This document shows, piece after piece, positions 1-13,425 of a stretch of DNA of 64,000 nucleotides. Source of the DNA: Felis catus (taxonomy: Eukaryota); contig NC_058368.1 in NCBI RefSeq assembly GCF_018350175.1, forward strand, positions 224,504,001 through 224,568,000. Reading direction: 5' to 3'. A program made the position numbers and the translations under genes. Position 1 is the first letter of the stretch. Each line of letters starts with the position of its first letter. Under the pieces are notes generated by a model. It did no database searches, had not been told where the DNA came from, and saw only the letters and a list, made by a program, of their open reading frames with translations.

Positions 1-9
1 CTTGGAAGG

Positions 10-811
10 CCCAACTTTAACTAACTGATCAAGATTAAAGTCATCAGTAATAAGATACATTTATTATCTGTATCCTCTGATATGATACAATGAGGCTCTG
101 AAGTATTTTCTCAAATATTCATAAGATCATTCTAACCACCAGTAAAAATCATACAAAGTCATAATATGGAGGTGATATTGTGATTTATAATAAAAAATAT
201 ATATGTGTGTCTGGTCTTTGTCCTTGTTTCTGGCAGAGAAATCCTAAAAGTCTCGGAATTTCCTAAGTGATAAAAGCAATTAAAAAAAAGTGTCCTTTTT
301 TATTTTAATAAGGTGCCTTTTGGAAAGTTCCACTGGAGCCAACTATGTGATTAGAGGTTGGAACTTTATGTTCCAACCCCAATCTCTGGCATGAGGAATG
401 AGGTTGGAGATTGAAGTGAATCACCAACTCATCAGAGAACTCCCAGTTGGTGAAAATTAAGAGATTCAAAGAGAGTGACCTTGTCCAAGGTCAAGAAAGA
501 CAAAAAGGTTTGAGGAACTGTCACAGACTGTGTAATACTAAGGAAGCACAAAATCCAGAAGGAATGTGGTATCCTGGATTGGATCATGGAAGCAAACAAA
601 AGAAGATATTGGGAAAAACCAAGTAGAATCTGAATAAAGTTTGTAGTATCGTTCATTGTAGTGCACGGCAGTCAATTTCTTAGTGTTGAGAACTGTACCC
701 TAAATATGTAAGATGTTAACTGGAGGAGAGGCTGAATGAGGGTCTATAGGAGCTCTGTACTGTCTTCTCAATTCTTCAATTAGCATAAACTTATTTCAAG
801 ATAAAAAAGTT
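10..811 (+). mobile_element. Old LINE-1 3' UTR remnant (L1MC/L1MD-like), interrupted by an LTR fragment
   Basis: 480-811 matches the recalled L1MC-type 3' end (gtccaaggtcaagaaagaca...tgtggtatcctggattggatc...gtaagatgttaac...ttatttcaagataaaaaagtt). 10-170 resembles the upstream part of the same UTR. Confidence 0.7.
172..428 (+). mobile_element. 5' fragment of a MER21-like ERVL LTR
   Basis: Starts gtgatattgtgatttataataa and contains gtgattagaggttggaacttt and gaggttggagattga...tcaccaa. Same family as the fuller copy at 13426-14502. Confidence 0.7.
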
Positions 812-834
812 TCAAAGAAAATCCAAACAGAAAA

Positions 835-1330
835 AAAAGTCTGGCCAAAGAGTTTCACTATTGAACTCTGCCAAATGTTTAAGGAAGAATTAATACTAAC
901 TCTACACAAACTGATTAAGAAATTAGAAGAGAAAGTAATGTTTCTCAAGTTGTTTTGTGAGCTAGATGTAACCCTGAAACCATACCAACAAAGATACTGC
1001 ACAAAGAGAAAACTACTCATCGATACCCTTAATGAATAGGGAAAGAAACGCCCTCACCAAAATGTTAGTAAACAAAACACAGCCATATATCTGAAAAAGA
1101 TAATACACATGAACAAGATTGGTTTAATCCCAAACATGCAATGTTGGTTTATCATCCAAAAAAAAGCCAATTCATGTAATTCACCTGATCAACACACACT
1201 GAAAATGAAAAAATCATATGACCCTCAAAATTCAGCATCCGTTTGTTAAAAAAGTAACAAAGTGGAAAATATAAGGGGACAGCCTTCAGCTTACAAAGGG
1301 AGTCTGCAAATAACCTACAGCTAAAATTAT
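835..1330 (+). mobile_element. Degenerate LINE-1 ORF2 fragment (start of reverse transcriptase)
   Basis: Translates in pieces to FKEELI and RENYSSIPLMN (cf. L1 ORF2 FKEELIP, KENYRPISLMN), with stops and frameshifts. Confidence 0.8.
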
Positions 1331-3758
1331 ATGTGTATTTGTACTAATGGCAATATGTCTCTTTTTTTCTTTACCTCTTATGACGATATATTTTTGTTTT
1401 CTATCTCCCACTGACTATCCATTTTTATTATTGATATTTTCCATCAAGTGACACAGGCTGAGTGGTATAATGTCATATTTCTTCTATCCAGCCCTAATCC
1501 ACTCCCTGGCTGTACCTTAGGCAACCCCTGTATTACAAAATCTAGTCCTTGCTTTTGAGTTATGTCATTACCACCGGTCAAAGCATTTTGGGAAAGGAGG
1601 TAAGTGCAATAATTATAAATAATGTTAACTTAAAAGTACAGAAAAATATAGTGTACAGAGGCTGAAAGATAACGCTGAAAAGACCGGCGAAAGAAAAATA
1701 AAGGCATGGGTTTCTTCATCTTCCATAATGTGAACAGATGAGACTTTGTTTAAAACTGAAGAAAAGGTAAGACAATTTTACTTACAATATTTAAAGTCAT
1801 TGATACAATGAATAAAACAGCTAAAAATAATGGCACAATTGTTGGCAATGTAACAGAACATACTTCTGAGAAGTTCTATTGTGAGATAAGTTTTATGTCT
1901 TTCACAGAAAAGCATCAATAGACATCACTCGAAGTTGGTAACATAGGAAGCAGAGAGGTTCAGGCTTTGAATCACAATGAGAAGTCTGCTCTGTGATTAT
2001 CAGGGAAGTCAACTTTGAGTTGTTATTTTATATTTACATACTATTCAAAATAATTATACATAAGCATAGGGCTGTGTGGACACACATACAGGACATGGGA
2101 AGAGAAAGAAGTATAACTTCTAATAAATTCATTAAAATTTAACTTGTTTCCTTTTGTAGGGTTTTGATTTTTTTCCCATTGAAAATTCTAAACATATTTT
2201 TTTTCCAAAGTTACTTTCATGCCGTATGTATTTGTGTGTGTCTGTGTATGTTTCATGGGCCCAATTCTCTCAAATTTCCTAAGACCTCTGAGAAGACAAA
2301 TTTTATGGGTATAAACAGGGATTAACTTCCTGAAGCTCTGTCTGTCCTCTTTGCCGGCTTAAAAACTACCTTTGTTAGACATACAGAAAGTATCTGGAAT
2401 GGCATTTATCATCTATATATCAGAGTAAAGCTTCCATCTTTAAATATAATGAGATGTTGCTGCACATTTTCAGTTAAGATTTTTAATTAAAACAATGTAT
2501 AAAGGTGCCCTATATGATTTTTTTCTGTGAGGCCTTCTGTATTCTATTAGGTAGGTATCCTCCATTAGTATCCTAGATACTCTCTGCCAAGGGTGAAATA
2601 ATGTTTACGTGAGTCTGTGCCTGGAGATATTCATTATTTCTTCAGATAGGTTAGAATAAGATTTCTGACAGCCATATTTTAATCTTAATAGTTTTTTTTC
2701 CTTTGGCATAACAGTTCTTTCTCCTAGTCATTATTACGATATAAAAATTTCAGCATATATGTATGCATTCCTTTGCTCGTTATATTTTAATAAAAATATG
2801 CAATAACTTTTGAACTAAGTTAGCTCAGGTTTTCTTTTTCAAAAGCGGGTTGATAACACATTCTTAAATATTTTTTTTATTAGGGAGCAAGTCTTAACAA
2901 ATTTATTCCCACTTCTCAAGACGGTCTCGTAGCGGATCTAAATGTTGTATTTCAGAAAAGCAATGATATTCCATATCAAAGAATTATCTTTTGCATTTTC
3001 TGTACCTCCCTATTAAAAGAATCACAAATGGTACTCTGATTTCCTTCCCAAATACAACCAAGTCTGTTCCATTTATTTCATGAAAACCTTGTTCTTTTCT
3101 TGAAAATTGCAAAACACTGTATGAGTATGTATCATCCAGGGAGCAGGTGCCTTAGACAAAAATACCCTGAGAGGTAGCAGTCCTGATAATCACCTTAGTT
3201 TTGCAACAATATATTCTACTAAAACTAACAAACTGTGCAAACTGTATTTGTATGAGGCAATCACATTTTAACATGAAGGTATGTCAGGATGCCTTGGACA
3301 TTCAAGGACATCTACAGCACAGGCTCCCAAAGCCCCTCATCAGTGGTGATTAGGGGGAGCACAATAGCGGTGAGTTGTATTTTATGGCACAAACGGGGAA
3401 ATCCTCAGATCAAAGTTCAACAATTATGTGTGTATTGAACACATACTTTTAAAATTGATCTTGCAGACTCAGGGGTGGGGGTGGGGAATTAAGAGGTTAA
3501 GAGCACCCCTGCAAATAAGAGGGAGGAGGAGAAGGAAGAGGGGGAGAAAGGGAGGCATTCAGGAAGCAGTAGACATGAAAATTGGTGATAGGGAAGTTTT
3601 GTGCCTCAAAATTAGCTGATTCCTTGCAAGGACTTTATCTCTGCGTGGGTACCTCTCCGCTTTGAAAGACTGCTGGATCTTAGGCTTGTGTTTTAGAAGC
3701 CAATGACTTTCTTGAGATCCTCTTTTGAGTGCTTACTTTAAGAATCTCTTTGAGATCA

Positions 3759-3888
3759 GGGAGCCTGGGTAGCTCAGTCGGTTAAGCATCTGACTTTGGC
3801 TCAGATCGCGATCTCACAGTTTGTGGGTTTGAGCTCCGCATTGGGCTCTGTGCTGAATGAATAACATCAAAACAAATTTTTTTAATTA
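3759..3888 (+). mobile_element. Can-SINE with the CT-rich region deleted
   Basis: gggagcctgggtagctcagtcggttaagc...gggctctgtgctga followed directly by an A-rich tail. Diverged TSD tctttgagatca / tctttgggatca. Confidence 0.85.
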
Positions 3889-5004
3889 AAGAAAATTTCT
3901 TTGGGATCATTTCCCGAATATATTTGTTCACTTTTTTTCCTTCTATTCCATCTTGCGGTACTTAAATTTTCTGTTCTCTACTTTTTTGGTTTTGGGGTTT
4001 TTGTCCTAATTAATAGACTTCATTATGTGTTGGCAATATCTGTAGAGGTCTCATGCTGCCGCTCTTCTCATTCTTGCATAGTTTTGTGTGGGAATGTGCT
4101 TTGGTTTGGTATTTGGTATTTTTTTTTTTTACTTTATTTTTTTCGATCAGCTCTTTCCTGAAAAAATACGCTGAAAAATAGGCTAGCAATCTGTTACAGT
4201 AAATGGTACATTGACCTTTGTCATTTGCCTCAGAATGTTCTTGCTGACACAGTTATGATTCCTGGCTTATTCCTTTCCCTTTAGGGTGCTCCATTTGCCT
4301 TTGGTTAAAAAACACCATAGATCCAAGTTGCAACCCATGAAATAAAACTTCCAAATACAGGGACGCTTCACCAAATCGAGGCGGGATACTGAGAGCTGAC
4401 TCACATCTCCATAGATTGTAGCCTAGTTCAGAATGTTCCAATTCTCCAATTACCAGCAGGGTGTTGCAGAAAATTCTAGATTCAGAATTTAGGTGGACGT
4501 AGAGGAAACACAAAGTGTGCCAATTGTCTCCCTGTCAGCCAAAGGGGTGGGGTGGGGGAAGTGTTAGAAGTAATAATAATAAACAATCTCTGACCTACAG
4601 AACTTCAGGAATAGCCAAAAGCACTCGGGTCTGGTGACTTATCTAAAGCATTGTTGCTAGTTTATAGCTTATTTTATCATTAAAATTAAGGCTTCATTTT
4701 GTTGTCCAAATCTTGTGTGCGTGTGTGTGTGGGGGTGTATAAATCTAAGTTAAAGAAGGATGAAGAAGAACTTAGAGGGAGTTACAAGACTCCACCTCAC
4801 CCACAAGAACAACAAAAAGCAAAGAACCTATTTAGAACATTTTCCCACCTCTTTTTGATAGATAGAAATAATTTGAAGTGCAGGTTATATTTTCATGAAG
4901 TCTGTTTTGGATTTGGCATTCCTTCTAGCATTTGTTGGAACTACATTTATTCTTCAGGAACACCCTGATTTTCTGAAATTTTAAAGTATATGAGCAGAAA
5001 TCTT

Positions 5005-5251
5005 TAAAATTGTTTAATGTTGATTTATTTGTGTGTGTGTGTGAGAGAGACAGAGACAGAGACAGAGACAGAGACAGAGACAGAGACAGAGAATGAGCAG
5101 TGGAGGGGCAGAGAGACCGGGACGCACAGATTCCAAAGGAGGCTCCAGGCTCTGAGCTGTCAGCACAGAGCTGGATGCGGGGTTTGAAATTATGACATCA
5201 TGACCTGAGCTGAAGTCAGAGTCTTAACTGACTGAGCCACCCGGGCATCCC
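5005..5251 (-). mobile_element. Can-SINE with (GAGACA)n expansion
   Basis: Reverse-complement SINE: ggctccaggctctgagctgtcagcacagag...tgagccacccgggcatccc. Confidence 0.92.
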
Positions 5252-6137
5252 AAAATCTGAAAGATTCATCCAGTGTTTGGGGAAACACCAATCAACAAGC
5301 AGTATTCAAATTAGAAAGTAATTTGCACAAGTGAGGGTTTTTTTTTCATTCTATTTTTTTTTTCATTTCGCAGGGGGTACCATTCAACTCAGATTCATTT
5401 TATTTTTCCATATTCCTGTGAAAAGTTTTTAAAGATATTTTTGTTTTAAATTTCTTTCATCCACTTAAATTCAAATGAAACTTGTACCCGCTATTAGATC
5501 CAACAATTGCACAACGGTATTATAGTCCTCTCTCTGCTGTGTTAAAAATTATATTTTTCACGAAGTAATTGTTATTCTATTCACAGTTTCTGAACATTTC
5601 ATTATTATGAAGTTTGCTTCTCAATTATGAAACTAGTCACAGCATTTTATCTGTATATCCAGGAATACCTGTGCCCACAGGGAAATCGAAGGGTCGTATT
5701 AATTATAGTTCTTAAGTTGAAACATTGACACAATTAACCTACAGCATCCGTAAAACATTGTAGTCTAATAAAGAAAAATTGCTTCCCTGTGTATAATGCA
5801 CTATTAAGTTTTATAAAAGTTTTATTGAAATAACACAACGGAGATAAAACACCAAGACCTATTCATAGAATTTCTTTGTCTCTCTAAATTAAGATACCAA
5901 TTTTGTAACACTGATTTTTCTCTTCTCACAGAAATAATTCCACACGTGTAAATTATCCAAAAATGTATCGATCTCTCTAAGCTAATAGCCTATTTTCTCT
6001 TAAGACTTTTAGGAAGGTTGAGGAAAAATCAGTATCCGTTCAAAGAAAGGAATTGCATACAATCTTCTGTTTGTGTTCAAAAGTCATTGTGGTCTGCTAG
6101 GAATTGGTGGCTTTGATGAATGTTGTGCTCTTGTTTG

Positions 6138-6178
6138 CAAAATAAAATAAAATAAAATAAAATAAAATAAAATAAAAT
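6138..6178. repeat. (AAAAT)n microsatellite
   Basis: Direct reading of the tandem pentamer. Confidence 0.95.
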
Positions 6179-7039
6179 CTGTAACAAAGTAGCCAAACGC
6201 TTTGCACATTTGGATACATTGCTTGAGCATTATAAAACACAACTTGCTAGTTTATTTATACTTTATTACATGTTTTCTTCACAAATGCATGTTATTAGCA
6301 TTATAATAAGCTGTTGCTAAAATGAAGGAGCAGAATAATGGCCTAGAAAATCTTTCCCTTTTGCTTTGGCCAACTAGTGTGTCTCATACCAGCTGGTGTT
6401 ATTGTCAGTGACGATTTCACTACTTTTCTTATTACAATCTGATGACTTCATAGCATCCAAAGAACCACTCATTTGCATCTACATTCCCCGCTCAGATTCT
6501 GAATATTTCATATAACCCAGGTTTTCTTGACTCATTGTCACCATAACCTTTAACTCACTCAGGCTAAAGCGAAACATCCAGAGGTCCCATTCAACAAACG
6601 TTGATGAAACTCTTCCTATATGTTAGGCAGCGAGCTAAGTATTTTAAGGGTGGAAAAGAAAAATTAAAAAGACAATCACTAATCTCTTGCAAAAAAAAAA
6701 ATCAGTAGAAGAACGATTACACTGCGTAAAGAAATAATTAATAGTTTAAGAGTATTCCAAAAAAGTATCAGAAATTCACCTATGCAGTACGAAATCCATA
6801 CGCCTATAGTCCTCTCCATATGAGTATTTTTGTAGACAAAGAAATGGTGCGTCTTCACCTCCTCGAATTCTAAACACAGGAATACCCCAGGACGCAGACT
6901 TTACCCCCCTTCTCCTCTCTGACATTCATTCCTTTCTGATCCATTGTATAACTTTCCTAATCGTCTCCATATCTCCTTCCATTAACTCTATCTTGACTCA
7001 ACTGTGTTATCAATTTCACCACTAATAAATTTTACATGA

Positions 7040-7880
7040 ATACCCACAAAACTCCTGCATTCCTTCCCAAAATTGGTATTTTTGGTATATTTCCCTTGGA
7101 GCACATGGTATTGCCAGTCTACACATCCTTGTAATCAGCCTGAGTTCCTATATTAATCCACCAACCCCTATACAATATATCAACAATATGTAACGTCCAC
7201 CTTCAAAAATACATCCAGAAATGAATGATTTCTCCTCAGGGCTCAGCACCATCGATGCTAACACCTTGATACGAGTCTTTATCACATCTCTTCTAGATTA
7301 CTGCAAACATCTTTCCCTATGCTTTCACATCTGCTTCTCTATATCTCATTATTAATACAGCATGCAGAATGACCCATTTAAAATATGTTGGAGCATACAT
7401 CTTCAGTCAAACCTCCAATGGTTTCCTATGAGAGTAAGAGTGAGACACAATGCCCTTAAAATGACCTCAAAAGTCTGACCGCATCAAGTACACTCCATAA
7501 TCTCTTCCACCTCATGCAATTCTAATCTCCTTATGGCCAAGTAATCTCTTAACAAAGGACCTTTACATTTCTGAATCTTCCCACCTGAAATTTTCTTTCT
7601 CAAGGAAGTCTGTGGTTACCTCATCTGTATCTTCAAGTTTCTGCCAAATTCATCTTATAAGGGAGTCTTTCCCTGACCAGTCTATTTAAAACATAAACAC
7701 ATTCCATCCAAGGCATTCTTATTCCTTTGACCTACTGCAGTTTTATTCATATCATGTGTCACTACCTGATGACTTTTGAGAATTCACTCATGGTCTCCCT
7801 GCCCAGAATGTTTTCACTATCATGTACAGTTCTATTCCAACATCATAGGCACCTAATACGTAAATAACAAACAAATAAGA
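7040..7880 (+). mobile_element. LINE-2 3' remnant
   Basis: L2-typical segments tccaccttcaaaaatacatccaga, ctagattactgcaa, aaacctccaatggtttcc, tttccctgaccagtctatttaaa, ataggcacctaata. Confidence 0.75.
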
Positions 7881-8030
7881 GGGCATTCTAGATAAATTCT
7901 ATGAATAGAAATCTGTTTCTGCTTTCATGAATAAAATAAATTCGCAAATATATTTTTATGCGGTCAACCTAAAGGAAGACATCATTCAAGAAGCAGAGGA
8001 CAGAATTGACATGTTTTGTGAGATAATATT

Positions 8031-8376
8031 TGCTATGGTCTGAATGCTTGTGTTCCCTCAAAATTCATATGTCAAAATCCTCATCCTCAGTGGGATGATA
8101 TTGGAGGTGAGGCCTTTGGGAGGTGCTTGGATCACGAGGGTAGAGCATCACGAATAGGATTATGTTCTTATGAAAGAGATCTGGCAGGGCTCCCTTGCCT
8201 CTGCCACGTGAGGCTAGAATAAGAAGTCTGCAACCCAGAAGAGAGTCCTCACCTAGCCAAGCTCACACCCGGATCCTGGACTTCTAACCTCCAGAACTGT
8301 AAGAAATAAATTCCTGTTGTGCTTCGGTTATCTAGGCTGTGGTATTTCCTGATAGCAGCTCTAATGGACTACGGCA
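8031..8376 (+). mobile_element. MaLR solo LTR (MLT1A-like)
   Basis: TG...CA ends (tgctatggtctgaatg...tggactacggca), motif cctccagaactgtaagaaataaattcctgttg, 5-bp TSD atatt/atatc. Confidence 0.9.
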
Positions 8377-8712
8377 ATATCCATCACCAGAGAAATCGGT
8401 TTTACTCGCGGCGGGAAATTTGAGTCAGTTAGTACAGGTAGAAAGTTTGAGGTCAGGGAGTTTAGAGGCATGTATGCTGTCCTCCATGAAATGATGAAAA
8501 AGCCAAGAAGGTAAGTGAAAGGAGCCTTCAGAAGACGTGTATGTATGTTCCTACAAACACCTCTGTGTTCTCCCTCCTGTATGTAGAGTGATTGTTTTAT
8601 TCCCCTAGATCACCCCCAACTAGGAATAAAATACCTAGCTCGCAGAACTGCATGAGTGATTTAGTTTCTTACTGTTTGGTTCAAGGAATGTAGAGCTAAG
8701 TTACTGTTTCCA

Positions 8713-8744
<32 letters not shown>

Positions 8745-10477
8745 CCCCCCTTTCTATTTTTTATTTGGGCACTAATTTAGAGTTGTCTCAATAAGTATTA
8801 CTCTTTTTGCCTCCTGAATTTCATCCTTTCCTTCTTTTCCATCCAACTTTCAGGAATCTGACGCGCATCCTCCGGTCCCTTTATCCTTATCACATAGTCA
8901 CAAAAGCGCATCATTACCCAGCAACTATAGATACCACACACGCTTTGTTTGACTGTAGTGCATTTCTCTACATGCAAAATTAGTGCCTTCATTTTCTCAA
9001 TTACTAAAATATCATAAAAATGTCTCCTATTCGACTGTTACAGATCAAATTCATTATTTTAGTGGTTGCGTAATATTCCACAGTTTGCAACATCAACACA
9101 TATTTAAACGATTGATACATATTCATTGTGTTTCCATTATATCGCCACAAGTAGGACTGTAATAAATGCACTTATATGCATTTCTGTGTTGTACGTATAT
9201 TATAAAATCATATGGTGAGAATAATGAGAATCTAGGCAACTAATTCTCATAAGCATTGCCATTTCTCAAAAGCTGTGACAATTCACATTTGACCTGTAGC
9301 TTGAATGAGAAGCTACCTGCTTAGCCACTGACTCCTGAAATCTCAGCATAGTGAAAAGTTTTGTGTATTTGCATGTGTCTCATTCAGTTAACACTCAAAT
9401 AGAAGCCAAACTCTCCTGGGCTGCTGCCTGGGCCTCTTGTTTTCTGTGGTTCCACCATCTCAGAGAGCTCTCCTCCCAGCAAAGCAACTGGAAGTGATTT
9501 GTGATAGTTTGGCTCACCCCATTAACAAGGATAAATCCATGATCAGCTTAATTGTAAGGAAGGTTGGGAATATAGGGGACACAGGGATATTGATGGGATA
9601 CTTCCTCATAAACTCAAACTTGAACATGCTTACATAGGTTAAAAACAACAGGAAGAGAAAGAGAGGTAACATATTAAAAATCAGTCACTGAAAGTAAAGA
9701 ATGAAGGAGTATCTCTGAGATATATAACATAGTAATTAAAGTCATTACCATATACTTTGTACTTTGTACAAACTAATGAAAACATAGGGCCTTAATAGAA
9801 AAATTAGCAAAATGCATGAATAAGAAATTATAGTGCCATTGCATTTATAATGAAAAACTAAAAATTATTTACCAATTATTATTATTACCAACTTCTATCT
9901 GTGGGAAATTAAATAGCTATGTCCTGGGTAAGAGATTACAGGAGAGGCATTGCAAAACAGAACACTGCTTTCTGGCCTTGCTGAAAACAGAGAGCCCTGC
10001 TTTGATTGTCTAGTTAATGTTTCTAGGAGTTGGGTTCTGCCTGTGCTCACAGATTCCTTAGACCATATTATCTATGGACTATCTTATCTTCTCTTGTTTT
10101 CCACCCTGCCTTCAAGGTCCTCTCTCTTGTAGTCTTGGGAATGCCTTAACTTGTTTTTCTTCAAGCTTTCTGTACGTTCTTTCTGGCATGTAGCCCATTG
10201 ACGTATTGTGCAATGTTTCCCTAAATGTATCCTTAATAAATATGGGAGCTTGAGAGCAGTTCGGGAAGACTTCCCTTAGCCTCCCACTCACCTCTCTTGA
10301 CTTGCATGGAGTCTTGAGTAATCCTTTCTGCCATCCTTGGCCTTGCTGGACAAAGCCCAAAGCCAAACCCACTATTGCACTATCAGCACAATCACCAATT
10401 ATTGGTATTTACTAAGTTAAGACCACCTGCTTGTGAAGCAACTTTAAAAGTTTAAGCAAGCCTTATATAGAGAAACA

Positions 10478-10637
10478 GGGGCCCCTGGGTGGCTCAGTCA
10501 GTTAAGCATGCAAGCCCTTGGTTTCAATTCAGGTCATGATCTCACTGTTCTTGAGTTTGAGCCCCACATCGGGGTCCATGCTGACAGTGGGCATTCTCTC
10601 TCTCTTCCTTTTTCTCTCTGCCTCTCCCCCACTTGTG

Positions 10638-10669
<32 letters not shown>

Positions 10670-10712
10670 AAGTAAATAAATAAACTTAAAAAAATAAAAT
10701 GTAATAAAAAAT
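10478..10712 (+). mobile_element. Can-SINE
   Basis: ggggcccctgggtggctcagtcagttaagc head, (CT)n, aataaa tail. TSD gagaaaca at 10470-10477 and 10713-10720. Confidence 0.95.
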
Positions 10713-12339
10713 GAGAAACAGACATGAGGAGCTCGGTGAACAGGGAAAGAAGGGACAAATTCATCAAAGTTCATTTACTCTGCCTAGTCATTAGGAGAAG
10801 GGCAGAAGGAAGAAAGAAAGTAGCTTATAAAGCTGGGTATGTCAAGTTTCAAGAGAATAGAGTGAGGGAGACGCTTTGGGGTAGCTATACAATGCAAAGC
10901 CATCCAGGTGTTTCCAAGCAAAGTGGCTCTCACCAGCCAAGGGCGGTTTTACAGAGCAGGATGCGGTGAGCTATTCTCAGCTACTTCTACAGCAGCTGGA
11001 ATGCACATGTGCAGGCCCAGGTGCTGTGTCTACTCCTGAGATAGCATAACGGATAGGGCTGTGGCAATCAGACTCACATAAACCCAAGATCGTACCCAAT
11101 AACACATTTTACAAATAATTTCTAGGATACAAGCAATGAAGAGACCCAGGAGAAGCAGAGAACGATCCAGAAGACTCCACACAACTCCCCAGATATTTTC
11201 TCCATCAGACACATGCCGATTGCTGAGAATGAAAGATGATGTGTCTAAATGAGCACAGCAGGCATGTCACAGAAGGAATCAGTTGATACTATGACACATT
11301 TTTTATTTTATATATGGATATTTGCAGAGTTCTTTAAAATTTTCCCAGGAACCATGCTTTATAAATCTACAGATACTAGGTTGACACAAGCAATCTTAAC
11401 ATAGAGACATCTGGCCAAAAGCATCCCATGCATAAGGACTCATTACTGAACAAAATCATTAGTGTTTCAGAATTTCTATTTTCAACATATTTACATGAAG
11501 TTAAGGCTGTATCATCGGCCTTCTTTCCTTCCTGGAGGTAAAGAGATCGCAAGAAAGCCACTTTCCAACCTAAACACGCACATACATACACACACACACA
11601 CACACCAACAACATAATTATATGTATATCATATATATCACAATCATAATCATAGATATAATCGTAGCCATAATCACGAATATACGTATTTATCAACAGCA
11701 TGATACATAACCAAATTGCATTTTCAAACATTGTGGGATATTCAGATATTGGAAATGAGAAAGTTTTGCATGCAGTCACACAGCAAAGTCTCTGAGAAAA
11801 CTTTGAACAAATGAAGTAAGATACAGAAGATAACCCTATAATATTACTACATTTATATTAAGTTCCCAAACAGAGGGAAACAAAATGATACAGAATAGCA
11901 AGGAAATGGGTATCACCAAAGTTATGATAATGGATACTTCTGAAAGGGCAAGTGTGACAAATGGAGTGACAAATGGAAACATGGAGTCGACGGGGGGACC
12001 AGCCACGTTCTATCGTTCTATCTCACCATGGGCGAGGTTCCATAAGGGGTGGTTCAGAGTCACTTTTATCCTGCACATACATGTGTTTGTGTTTCCTGTG
12101 GATACAGTCTCACATTAAGACAGAACAAAACCAGAAACAAAATTTTTGATAGATAGAAAGATAGAAGCACTTTAAAATAACTTTTTGAGGAATTAAAAAT
12201 AAATTCTGTAGTAGTTCCCAAGATGCCCTTCACATTTTCTATTTCAGATTCTGAAAGATCTTTTATGGTAATTTCTAAATCATATTTAAAGATAAAATAT
12301 TGAAGCCATGTTACCATAATAACCTAATATTTCTTAGAG

Positions 12340-12359
12340 CAAATGTCTATTTTTGAGAC

Positions 12360-12403
<44 letters not shown>

Positions 12404-12571
12404 CGCCAAGCAGGGGAGGGGCAGAGAGGGAAGGATACAAAGAATCTGAAGCAAGCTCCAGGCTCTGAGCTGTCAGCACAGAGCCCCATGTGTGGCTCAA
12501 ACTCATGAACCATGAGATCATGACCTGAGGTGAAGTTTGACTCCCAACCAACTGAGCCACCCAGGTGTCCC
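12340..12571 (-). mobile_element. Can-SINE
   Basis: (GA)n...ggctctgagctgtcagcacagagccc...tgagccacccaggtgtccc. Confidence 0.93.
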
Positions 12572-12695
12572 AATCTACATGGTTAAAATACATTTATATA
12601 TTATATATATAGGCAACAACTTATTTAAAAATTAGGGGCATTATTATAATCTAAGTATGTTTAACTCCTCGGAAATTCAAATATATATTCAAATT

Positions 12696-12698
<3 letters not shown>

Positions 12699-12740
<42 letters not shown>

Positions 12741-12749
12741 TATATATAT
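12699..12749. repeat. (TA)n microsatellite
   Basis: Direct reading. Confidence 0.95.
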
Positions 12750-12857
12750 TTTTTTCAAATATGTTTTATAAAAGGAAAAATACTACTGGAAATCTGCCTG
12801 AGTAATGGACTTTAGTTTATAGGAATATACCCATATTGGTCTATTAATTCTAGCATA

Positions 12858-12962
12858 TTAACCACATTAATGGAAAATGTTAATAGGCAAAACTGGGTAT
12901 GGCGTATATGGGAACTTTTTGCACTATCGTCTCAATTTTTCTGTAAATGTAAAATACAGTTT
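12858..12962 (+). mobile_element. Old L1 (L1MC-like) extreme 3' end
   Basis: gttaataggcaaaactgggtatggcgtatatgggaact...tttttctgtaaatgtaaaa, similar to 710-811. Confidence 0.65.
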
Positions 12963-13425
12963 ATTTTATTTTTATTTATTTTTGATTTATTTCTTTAAAC
13001 AAGGTTTATTTTTAAAATACCATTGTGGGAAGTTGCAGCCCAAAATCAACCAATAAAAAAATCTCCTTATATATGTGTCTCTTTCCATTAGATACCCTCT
13101 CACTTCATGGTGGGATATGCTGTACTTGTCCCACGTTGATATAGATGGTACTTGGAATACAGAAAGGCCTTAAATAGATTTGGAGGTGTGGTTGTGCCTT
13201 CCAAGAATATTTGGCCCAGGGTTATGAAGAGGAAAATTAAAAGTCACACCCCTGTGCACTATGAGAAGCCGTGCACTTCTAAGTGTCATTTTGTGAATTA
13301 AAAACAACTTACCTTTTAAAGGATTAAAGAATCTTGGTAATTGATATTAATATCTAGATTCATGAAAAACATGCCATAAAAAGTTACTGTAACTTTGAAC
13401 CTATTATGTTTACCCACAATAATAC

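Noticed and set aside
8595..8631. Hairpin ttttattcccctag...ctaggaataaaa
   Set aside because: Too short and imperfect for a pre-miRNA or MITE; expected by chance in AT-rich DNA.
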